Of a stretch of DNA of 19,325 nt, positions 7,517 to 14,414 are shown one piece after another. The position numbers and the translations under genes were made by a program. This DNA is from Candidatus Fraserbacteria bacterium (lineage in GTDB: Bacteria > Bipolaricaulota > Bipolaricaulia > RBG-16-55-9). Below the pieces are notes generated by a model. That model made no database searches, was not told where the DNA came from, and worked only from the letters and a program-made list of their open reading frames with translations. Numbering within the stretch: position 1 is the stretch's first letter; each line of letters opens with the position of its first letter. The stretch spans positions 1 to 19,325 of the forward strand of contig JBBIPG010000045.1 in NCBI GenBank assembly GCA_037442925.1. The letters run 5' to 3'.

Positions 7517-7873
7517 TTATCTCTCTGCCCCTCCTTCCAACAGATTCTCTGACCCAGGCAATTTCAATGGCCGGTAGGATCGTTTCAGGAGAACAGCTAG
7601 GACCTGGAGCACTCCGAGAATGATGAGGATGATCGCTACTTTCGGATGGCCGTCCTCCAAGGCGAGAATAATCCATACGGAAAAGCCCACCAAAGAGCTG
7701 ATGGCTAGGCCTAAGGGAAGGAACTTGAGCCCGGGCAACCTCGCATAGCGAGTCATGCCTGGAACTACTTTGCCCCAATCCTTGAGAATCACCAGAAAGC
7801 CCACCGTTGCATGGATTACACCGAGACCAAGGAGAAGCCACCCTCCTATTGAAGAATGCATGAAGCTGGTCAA
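7517..7873 (-). CDS. Small membrane protein (about 3 TM), distant paralog of 7922-8191 and 8211-8510
   Basis: Three hydrophobic segments. DGHPKVAIILII aligns with DGEPIIATIIFI; WGKVVP resembles WRTLPKVP. Start uncertain (7873 TTG or 7861 ATG). Confidence 0.7.
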   Translation of the reverse strand: MTSFMHSSIGGWLLLGLGVIHATVGFLVILKDWGKVVPGMTRYARLPGLKFLPLGLAISSLVGFSVWIILALEDGHPKVAIILIILGVLQVLAVLLKRSYRPLKLPGSENLLEGGAER

Positions 7874-7921
7874 TTCTATTCCGAATCACCCCTATGCTGG
7901 CACCGTTTAAGATGGGCCGGT

Positions 7922-8191
7922 CTAACTACTGCGCCTATAAATCTTTCGCAACTGGTAAATGTACGCTGCCAGGCTCGCGGTTGCCGAGATGAAGATGATA
8001 GTGGCGATGATCGGCTCTCCATCTACTATCGCCTTCACGCCAAACAAGACCGCTGCCAAGATCCCACCGATATTCGCGATCGAAAGCTTTAGTCGATATT
8101 GTTCTGGCACTTTGGGTAGAGTTCTCCAACCGTTAATGCAGGCAGCCAGCGCAGATCCCACACCAGCTCCTATATTGATCCAAGGATCCAT
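7922..8191 (-). CDS. Small 3-TM membrane protein, paralog 2
   Basis: 89 aa. Shares LPKVPEQYRL, ILAAVL.G and ATASLA.YIYQL.KI.R with 8211-8510. The start context GATCTCC(A/G)ATGGATC is shared by both copies. Confidence 0.85.
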   Translation of the reverse strand: MDPWINIGAGVGSALAACINGWRTLPKVPEQYRLKLSIANIGGILAAVLFGVKAIVDGEPIIATIIFISATASLAAYIYQLRKIYRRSS

Positions 8192-8210
8192 TGGAGATCG
8201 CTTCCTCTCT

Positions 8211-8510
8211 CTAGCCACTACCCCTATGGATCTTCTTCAGTTGGTAGATGTACACTGCCAGGCTAGCGGTTGCCAAGAGGAAGAGGACGATTGCAATGAT
8301 TGTCTTTCCACCGATTTGCACCCTCAAACCCATCAAGACTGCTGCCAAGATCGCGCCGATGATCGCGATCGAAACTACCAGTCGATATTGTTCTGGCACC
8401 TTGGGCAAAGCCGTCCAACTATAAATGAAGGCAGCCAGCGCCATTAGGGCACCAGCTATGGCACTGAGCCAAGGTTGAAGCCAAGGCTGAAGCCACCAAG
8501 TCAGATCCAT
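8211..8510 (-). CDS. Small 3-TM membrane protein, paralog 1
   Basis: 99 aa; GAGGGAG RBS; clear paralog of the adjacent gene; short WLQP tandem repeat at the N-terminus. Confidence 0.85.
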   Translation of the reverse strand: MDLTWWLQPWLQPWLSAIAGALMALAAFIYSWTALPKVPEQYRLVVSIAIIGAILAAVLMGLRVQIGGKTIIAIVLFLLATASLAVYIYQLKKIHRGSG

Positions 8511-8525
8511 CGGAGATCACTCCCT

Positions 8526-8996
8526 CTAAGGCATCAGACATGGGGAGGTGGGACTACAACCACCTGTCGTTGACGATGGTGGCGGCGGTGGCGGCGGCGA
8601 GCCGCTCGTGCTACCACTTCCCTCGTTGTGACACGCTGTACAGTCAGCGACCGCCCCCCAGATGCCGAACGCCTCAGCCGCCAAGATCACCGCACAACCC
8701 CACAAACTAAAGACGCATCCAATCAGCGTCGTAGAGGTTACATATGCACCACTCACAGACGCGATGCAGCCAGTGCAGGCTGACGTGATCTGGGCCTGCA
8801 CCAATCCAGAGGAGGATACCGTCGACTCCAAGTCTGCCAGTTGTAACACATAGTCTCGATGGTCGCCTAACAACTGTGATACTCTGTTGCTCAGCCGTGG
8901 TAGCTCTTGGTCCATATCAGCTAGCTGGTTTTGGAGCCTCTGCCTACATCGCCTACCTCCTGCCTTTGTTAAGCACACTGGTTCACGCAGTCGCAT
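8526..8996 (-). CDS. Cys-rich hydrophobic peptide precursor B (bacteriocin-like), probably 5'-truncated or frameshifted
   Basis: Core C-x2-C-x16-C-x6-C-x17-C-x2-C follows VQAQ, then a Ser/Gly linker, seven Pro and CSPTSPC. The only strong RBS (GGAGGT, 8960-8955) precedes an out-of-frame ATG-TAG at 8949-8944. Confidence 0.6.
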   Translation of the reverse strand: MRLREPVCLTKAGGRRCRQRLQNQLADMDQELPRLSNRVSQLLGDHRDYVLQLADLESTVSSSGLVQAQITSACTGCIASVSGAYVTSTTLIGCVFSLWGCAVILAAEAFGIWGAVADCTACHNEGSGSTSGSPPPPPPPSSTTGGCSPTSPCLMP

Positions 8997-9003
8997 TATG
9001 CAG

Positions 9004-9312
9004 TTACTTCTTCACCTGAATGAACTTCAACAGCATCGGGAGAATTGTCAGCAGCAGGAGCAAAAGGGCTGCAAACAAGATCGGGATAAAAGCGGAAGCG
9101 TTAGCAGGCAAAGCCAAACCCAAAAGCCACTCAATCAAAAAGAGAGCAGCAGCAGCTAGAACGACGAGGGGAAGGAGTGTCACGAACCGTTTCCGTAACT
9201 CTTGCGGTGCTTGACCTCCGGGGCTCTCTAAACGCCTCGCCTTATGCACAAAAGCTACACCGAAGCCCACAATTAGCGCGAGTATCGCCACAAGTTGAAT
9301 CATGAGGTTCAT
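9004..9312 (-). CDS. Small 3-TM membrane protein, candidate immunity protein
   Basis: 102 aa from MNLMIQLVAIL; ATGA overlap with the upstream stop at 9309-9312; three hydrophobic segments. Confidence 0.8.
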   Translation of the reverse strand: MNLMIQLVAILALIVGFGVAFVHKARRLESPGGQAPQELRKRFVTLLPLVVLAAAALFLIEWLLGLALPANASAFIPILFAALLLLLLTILPMLLKFIQVKK

Positions 9313-9662
9313 TCTATCAATATCAACAACAAGAGGGTAATCACACTCCCTAAGCTCATAATTCCCAATGTGATATTGACTGAGCGGAGAATCTCTAGTC
9401 TTTCCGTAAGCTTCTGCGAATCCGAGGTTTCTAACGACGAGATGATAGCCTGCCACCCCCCACCCACTTTCAACAAAAGGTAAAGAACAAAGAATTCGAA
9501 AAATAGTATCGCTGAAAAAGCCATGATTATTATATTGCGGAATTGAGCTTCCAGTTTGGGTATCAAAATATAAAGGCCAGCAGTAACAAGAACAGCAAGT
9601 ATCAAAGGTTGGAACAACGAAATCCTAATGATCTGCTTTCTCAAATTGTACAAGGGGCTCAC
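9309..9662 (-). CDS. Small 3-TM membrane protein, candidate immunity protein
   Basis: About 117 aa, three Leu/Ile/Phe-rich segments, AT-rich codons, GAGAGGAG RBS. Start GTG 9662 or TTG 9653. Confidence 0.8.
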   Translation of the reverse strand: MSPLYNLRKQIIRISLFQPLILAVLVTAGLYILIPKLEAQFRNIIIMAFSAILFFEFFVLYLLLKVGGGWQAIISSLETSDSQKLTERLEILRSVNITLGIMSLGSVITLLLLILIE

Positions 9663-9683
9663 ACTCCTCTCTCGGCCTGCTAG

Positions 9684-10562
9684 CTAGGGAGCAAGATCGC
9701 ATGGTATTCTGTATTTAACATACGTACAAACGGCCCGACAAGTGAAGAGCCCATATGCTATCGCACCTAAACAAACAATCTCGCCAATGGGAGTGGGTTC
9801 AGCGAATGCTACCAGACAAGCTGCACCTGCTTGTGCGCCTAACCATCCGCAGACTGTGCTGCAGACTAACACATTAACGGTACAGTAGACGACATCGTCT
9901 TGTTGACCAGAGACCGGATATAACCTGAGTGACTCGATACGCCCCTTCAGCACAGCTGCTAGGCCAAGCCTATCAATCTTCGCAAGGACTTCTTGCCTAT
10001 CTTGGTCGGTGAACTCTACACCTTCTAATAACACTTCCCGCAATATCTGTGTGTACGGATTATTGACTTCTCCAAGTTCTTCTAAGTCTCGAAGCGCTTC
10101 ATCATGGAACGGGGCAGGAGGTAGTACTGGGGAGCTCAAAGAGTTGATTATTGACTCTGCTTTCCTATCAAATTCAGCTGTAAGGCCGACCCTCTCGTAG
10201 TGATCTACCATCTTTAGTGATAGCTCCCTTACCGTATCGATTTGGGCTTGGAGGTCGACAGGAGGGTGTAGTATCTCTTCTCGTTTGAGGTGGATAAGTC
10301 TTTTGAGAAGTGCTTTCTGGGATTTCATTACAAGTTTTAGGAATTGGGCATCAAGACCCAAATCCTTGCCTTTCGCTTGAGCCGCAAGTTGCAGTTGCCC
10401 ACCAGCTGAGATCGGGTCTTTGTATGTACCATCTACACATCCCGTCAACCCGCCCAGCGCCACCAGCCCCGTCCCGACTCCCATCGCTCGCAGCACTTGC
10501 CTGCGGCTCAATCTAACCCGACCTTCCTTTACCTCTTCGTATGTTTCCTTGCCGCAACACAT
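9684..10562 (-). CDS. Tat-exported lipoprotein precursor A with C-terminal 8-Cys hydrophobic peptide (halocin C8-like architecture)
   Basis: AAGGAGGT RBS; twin-arginine motif SRRQVLR; lipobox LTGC; charged helical middle of about 180 aa; 71-aa C-terminal core with C-x6-C-x3-C-x10-C-x14-C-x10-C-x3-C-x8-C. Confidence 0.75.
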   Translation of the reverse strand: MCCGKETYEEVKEGRVRLSRRQVLRAMGVGTGLVALGGLTGCVDGTYKDPISAGGQLQLAAQAKGKDLGLDAQFLKLVMKSQKALLKRLIHLKREEILHPPVDLQAQIDTVRELSLKMVDHYERVGLTAEFDRKAESIINSLSSPVLPPAPFHDEALRDLEELGEVNNPYTQILREVLLEGVEFTDQDRQEVLAKIDRLGLAAVLKGRIESLRLYPVSGQQDDVVYCTVNVLVCSTVCGWLGAQAGAACLVAFAEPTPIGEIVCLGAIAYGLFTCRAVCTYVKYRIPCDLAP

Positions 10563-10600
10563 GACTTGTACCTCCTTCTTTGGCGAACTTCAAGTCCACC

Positions 10601-10657
10601 GGTAAGGTAAGGTAAGGTAAGGTAAGGTAAGGTAAGGTAAGGTAAGGTAAGGTAAGG
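10601..10657. repeat. Perfect pentanucleotide microsatellite (GGTAA)11 / (TTACC)11
   Basis: Eleven exact GGTAA units at 10601-10655 plus GG, located between the promoter and the RBS of precursor A. Confidence 0.99.
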
Positions 10658-10683
10658 ATAACACAGATCTATCACTTTGTCAA
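10655..10683 (-). promoter_or_regulatory. Sigma70 promoter of the precursor/membrane-protein operon
   Basis: Minus strand TTGACA (10683-10678), 17 bp spacer ending TGT, TATCCT (10660-10655), giving an extended -10. The -10 abuts the repeat. Confidence 0.8.
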
Positions 10684-10695
10684 GATCCTAAACAG

Positions 10696-10798
10696 TCATA
10701 TTAGAATGGTGAGATCCCCCAAATCTCTAGGTATAGTATGTGAGCAACTCTACTCCATCTTCGGTGATCAGAATCATATCACTGTGGCAATAGCCTGC
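10696..10798 (-). pseudogene. C-terminal remnant of an M24 family (Xaa-Pro/creatinase-like) peptidase
   Basis: Reads AGYCHSDMILITEDGVELLTYY, then after a 1-nt frameshift PRDLGDLTILI*. This matches the M24 C-terminal G.R.(E/S)D..L(I/V)TEDG.E.LT..PRDL pattern. Confidence 0.7.
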
Positions 10799-10818
10799 TT
10801 GAACAACAACAGGTAGGG

Positions 10819-11031
10819 TTAAGCGAAGATCAAGCGCCCCTTCGGTTCAGGGACGGGGCGCCCCAGCGCTTTTGCTGTCTCAATCCACTCTTGTGCGATC
10901 ACCTCAACATTCTTCAAAGCTTCTTGATATGTCTTACCATCCGCCATGCAGCCAGGCAATTCTGGAATCTCTGCAATGAATTCCTCATCTTCCTCACTCC
11001 AATAGATGATCACTTCATAACGCATCATCAT
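10819..11031 (-). CDS. hicB: Orphan HicB family antitoxin
   Basis: MRYEVIIYWSEEDEEFIAEIPELPGCMADGKTYQEAL...WIETAKALGRPVPEPKGRL. No adjacent hicA. Candidate promoter GTGACA-18-TATAAT at 11109-11080. Confidence 0.92.
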   Translation of the reverse strand: MMMRYEVIIYWSEEDEEFIAEIPELPGCMADGKTYQEALKNVEVIAQEWIETAKALGRPVPEPKGRLIFA

Positions 11032-11138
11032 TACTTCGTAAGATTCGCTCCAGAAGCTTATCGCATCGTTCCACGCCAGATTATACTCCCCAGTAACGCG
11101 CATTGTCACCTCATCGATCTGATTTCGCCAACTTGAAC

Positions 11139-11167
11139 TTGACCAAGTGTATCATTATTGATACGAT
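11139..11167 (+). promoter_or_regulatory. TA promoter with palindromic operator
   Basis: TTGACC, 17 bp spacer, TACGAT. Perfect inverted repeat GTATCA-TTAT-TGATAC (11149-11164) overlaps the spacer and the -10. Confidence 0.8.
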
Positions 11168-11172
11168 GGTGT

Positions 11173-11526
11173 GTGCCCAATCAACGGAAGCGGCTCCCAG
11201 CAGTTTTCTTTAGAACTGCGACGGGACGTGAACCTGTGCGGGATTGGCTGAGGAAGCTAGATAAGGAAGATCGGCGTGTGATTGGTGTTGATATTAAGAC
11301 GGTCGAGTTCGGGTGGCCCGTGGGAATGCCCGTATGCAAATCCGTAGGAAAGGGAATATGGGAAGTGCGGAGTAACTTGACAAGGAACAGAATTGCCCGT
11401 GTGTTGTTTTGTATTTGGGAAGGGCAGATGATCTTGCTGCATGGATTCATGAAGAAATCAAGAAAGATTCCAAAGGCTGATTTGGATCTGGCAAGGGAGC
11501 GCAAGTCCCAATTGAAGGAGGGATAA
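11173..11526 (+). CDS. Type II TA RelE/ParE-superfamily toxin (Gp49/DUF891-like)
   Basis: FFRTATGREPVRDWL, GWPVGMP, GIWEVRS, ARVLF and ILLHGFMKKS motifs. GTG 11173 lies about 6 nt after the -10, so the mRNA is likely leaderless. Confidence 0.92.
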   Translation: MPNQRKRLPAVFFRTATGREPVRDWLRKLDKEDRRVIGVDIKTVEFGWPVGMPVCKSVGKGIWEVRSNLTRNRIARVLFCIWEGQMILLHGFMKKSRKIPKADLDLARERKSQLKEG

Positions 11527-11528
11527 CA

Positions 11529-11840
11529 ATGGACAAGAATCGGCACATAGGCTCGTCATTCGATGAGTTCCTTGAAGAGGAGGGCCTTCGTACCAAAGCT
11601 GAAGAAATAGCCGCCAAAAGGGTTCTGGCATGGCAGATTGAGAAATCCATGGAGGAGAAACATCTCTCGAAGACTGATATGGCAAAGGCTATGAAGACGA
11701 GCAGAGCAGCTCTTGACCGCTTGCTAGACCCTGAGAACGGTTCAGTTACGCTTCAGACGCTGGAGCGCGCAGCAGCAGCGGTTGGCAAACGTCTGCACAT
11801 TCAGTTAGTAGATGTGAGAAACCGAAGTTGTGAAGAGTAG
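11529..11840 (+). CDS. XRE/HTH antitoxin (HigA-like)
   Basis: HIGSSFDEFLEEEG, KRVLAWQI, helix-turn-helix SKTDMAKAMKTSRAALDRLLDP, SVTLQTLERAA. Directly follows the toxin with a GGAGG RBS. Confidence 0.92.
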   Translation: MDKNRHIGSSFDEFLEEEGLRTKAEEIAAKRVLAWQIEKSMEEKHLSKTDMAKAMKTSRAALDRLLDPENGSVTLQTLERAAAAVGKRLHIQLVDVRNRSCEE

Positions 11841-11849
11841 GACTGGTAT

Positions 11850-12830
11850 TCAGCCAGCGATGTTCTCAGCATCAAGGCGAACGAGCTCCGTCCCCGCCTG
11901 CCCTTCCAGCGCCTCTTGGGCACAATCAAGAGATGTAATGATCACTCGCGAGCCACCATTCTCCAAGAAGCGAATCGCGGCCTCAATCTTCGGTCCCATG
12001 CTCCCCGGCGGAAATTCCCCAGCTGCCAGATAGCGCTTGGCTTCCTCAAGAGAAAGTCTTTCCAGATCGACTTGCTCCGGTGTCCCAAAGCGCAAGGCCA
12101 CGCGCTCGACGTCCGTAAGAATCATCAATACTTGTGCTCCGAGAGCACTGGCAAGACGCTCAGATGCTAGATCTTTATCAATCACGGCCTCCACACCCCG
12201 AAGTTGTCCATCCTCGCAGATCACCGGCACACCACCCCCGCCGCAAGCAATCACTACATGCCCTGCCTCCATAAGACCGCGAATGACCTTCCACTCGACG
12301 ATTTCGCTGGGTTGAGGCGAGGGAACCACACGCCGATAGGCTCGATGGCCGTTGCCCACCCGCTTCACGACATAGCCTCTGCTTTCGTGCAGCCACTCCG
12401 CCTCGCTCTTGGAATAGAAGGGACCAACGGGTTTTGTGGGATCACGAAACGCCGGATCATTTGGATCTACCACGACTTGGGTGATCACTGTTGCTGCACA
12501 GGTCATCAGCCCTTCCCAGCGCAGGGCCTGTACGAGCGCTTGCTGAAGAAGATAGCCAATCTGACCCTGCGTCATGGCATCGCACACATCGAGCGGCAAG
12601 GGCGGAACGAGATCTTTCGCCTGCTCCTGTTGAATGAGTAGTTGTCCCACTTGCGGCCCATTGCCATGGGTGAGCACAACTCGACTACCGCTCTTCACGA
12701 TTTGGGCAATCTGCTGACAACTGCGGCCAATGGCTTCGATCTGTTCCTCAAGGCTGCCCTTGCCATGCGGAGACACCAGTGCGTTTCCCCCCAACGCAAT
12801 GACTATAGTCTCTGGCCTGTTGCTGTTCAT
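11850..12830 (-). CDS. arcC: Carbamate kinase
   Basis: IVIALGGNAL, THGNGPQVG, PTKPVGPFY, RRVVPSPQP, GVEAVIDKD, GSMGPKIEAA. Confidence 0.98.
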   Translation of the reverse strand: MNSNRPETIVIALGGNALVSPHGKGSLEEQIEAIGRSCQQIAQIVKSGSRVVLTHGNGPQVGQLLIQQEQAKDLVPPLPLDVCDAMTQGQIGYLLQQALVQALRWEGLMTCAATVITQVVVDPNDPAFRDPTKPVGPFYSKSEAEWLHESRGYVVKRVGNGHRAYRRVVPSPQPSEIVEWKVIRGLMEAGHVVIACGGGGVPVICEDGQLRGVEAVIDKDLASERLASALGAQVLMILTDVERVALRFGTPEQVDLERLSLEEAKRYLAAGEFPPGSMGPKIEAAIRFLENGGSRVIITSLDCAQEALEGQAGTELVRLDAENIAG

Positions 12831-12843
12831 GAGAGATTTTTGT

Positions 12844-14229
12844 TTAGATATGCTCGACCTTGATCAAGTTGGTTGTACCAGGAACTCCAAAAGGAACTCC
12901 TGCTGTGATGACGACAGCCGCACCTTTGGGCAACTGCATCTTCTCGGCGGCCGCTTCAATGGAGCGTCTGAGCATCAGATCTGTGTCTTTGTGGTACTCA
13001 ATCTGGACCGGATAGACGCCCCAGACCAGCGCCAGCTTGTTCTTGACTTTTTCGGAATATGTTACCGCGATGATCGGGATGCGTGGGCGAAACTTGGCTA
13101 CCAGCTTCGCCGTCGAACCCGACGTCGTCGAGGGGATAATGGCCGCCGCCTCAATCCTCTCCGCAATCTGGCAGGCCGACTCTCCAATGGCTTCCGTCAC
13201 CGTTGTATGCTGGCCTCGATACTTATGATAGACAGAAGAGGCCTGCTCCATGCGCTGAGCGACCGCACTCATCACCTTGACCGCCTCCACAGGATACCTT
13301 CCAATGGCCGTCTCTTCCGAAAGCATGAGAGCGTCGGCACCATCCAGAATCGCGTTGGCTACGTCGGCCACTTCGGCGCGCGTGGGTGTGGGATTCTCCG
13401 TCATAGACTTGAGCATCTGTGTAGCGATGATCACGGGTTTTCCCATGCGATTGCACTTCAACACGATCTCCTTTTGTACTAAGGGGACTTCCTCCATAGG
13501 CATCTCCACTCCCAAGTCACCGCGAGCCACCATCACGCCGTCAGCAGCTTTCACCAGTTCGTCTATGTTCTTTACTGCCTCGCGTGTCTCGATCTTGGCG
13601 ATCACCTCAATGTCACTGCGCTCCAAAAGATCGCGGACTTCCGCGATATCCTGGACCCGCTGCACAAACGAAGCCGCCAGATAATCCACATCCAGTTCCG
13701 CTGCAAACCGAACGTGCTCATCTTCCTGATCGACCATAGGGATATCGGCCTGCGGCACACTGACCCGCTTTCTCTCTCCCAGCGTACCGGAATTGGCCAC
13801 GCGACAGACGACCTCCCCAGAGCGCACCTTCACTACCTCAAGTCGGATCTCTCCATTGGCCAGGAGCACCTCCATGCCCGGCTTCATGTGCTTAGAAAAC
13901 CCCTGCTGGTTGATGGATACTCGCGTCGTATCTCCCAACAGAGGCTCTTCTGTGAGCGTCAATTCCTGTCCTGCCTTGAGCTTCACGGACTCCCCTTGGA
14001 GATCCCCGGTGCGCATCGCATGGCCGGGCGTGTCCGCCATGATGGCCACAGCTTGTTTGCGCTCTCGGGCGACGTTGCGGATCTTCACGACAAGCGCACG
14101 ATGCTCCTCCTGGGTTCCGTGGGAGAGGTTGATCCGGGCCACATCCATTCCCGCTTGCATCAACTGAGAGAGTGTCCCCTCCTCCCAAGAAGACGGTCCC
14201 ACAGTAGCCACGATCTTGGTCTTCTTCAT
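12844..14229 (-). CDS. pyk: Pyruvate kinase
   Basis: KTKIVATVGP, ARINLSHG, IAKIET, MVARGDLGVE, ATQMLKSM..NPTPTRAEVADVANA..DG.DA.MLS.ETA, GTTNL. Alternative start at 14241. Confidence 0.98.
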   Translation of the reverse strand: MKKTKIVATVGPSSWEEGTLSQLMQAGMDVARINLSHGTQEEHRALVVKIRNVARERKQAVAIMADTPGHAMRTGDLQGESVKLKAGQELTLTEEPLLGDTTRVSINQQGFSKHMKPGMEVLLANGEIRLEVVKVRSGEVVCRVANSGTLGERKRVSVPQADIPMVDQEDEHVRFAAELDVDYLAASFVQRVQDIAEVRDLLERSDIEVIAKIETREAVKNIDELVKAADGVMVARGDLGVEMPMEEVPLVQKEIVLKCNRMGKPVIIATQMLKSMTENPTPTRAEVADVANAILDGADALMLSEETAIGRYPVEAVKVMSAVAQRMEQASSVYHKYRGQHTTVTEAIGESACQIAERIEAAAIIPSTTSGSTAKLVAKFRPRIPIIAVTYSEKVKNKLALVWGVYPVQIEYHKDTDLMLRRSIEAAAEKMQLPKGAAVVITAGVPFGVPGTTNLIKVEHI

Positions 14230-14414
14230 AGCGAAACTCATACGCTGCGCTCAGTGTATCAATTCTTTTGGGCAAAGCAAGGGGACTTGTTCCGCTAGAT
14301 GCCGCCACAGCAAGCAACCTGATCTAGATCATTGCCCCATCCCAAGCCATGTGCTTATCATGCTAAGATCAAGCCAAGAGGAGTGGACTCCAAAGCGAGG
14401 AGGTGTAGTATCCC

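Noticed and set aside
9313..9456. 5' extension of ORF 9004-9456 (likewise 7515-7889 and 7108-7197)
   Set aside because: These overlap neighbouring same-strand genes or lack family similarity. Coupled starts at 9312, 7514 and about 7107 fit better.
8526..10562. Precursors as multiheme cytochromes, ferredoxins, or lanthipeptide/sactipeptide RiPPs
   Set aside because: Only one CxxCH (CTACH in B), at the end of a symmetric hydrophobic Cys pattern. No ferredoxin CxxCxxC motif and no LanB/C/M, radical SAM or YcaO gene in the window. A single heme site in B or trans-acting enzymes cannot be strictly excluded.
10601..10657. GGTAA array as a CRISPR array, telomere-like repeat or coding repeat
   Set aside because: No spacers, 5-bp unit and no cas or reverse transcriptase gene. 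The plus strand hits TAA in every frame, and the minus-strand LPYLT frame has no start codon downstream of the promoter.
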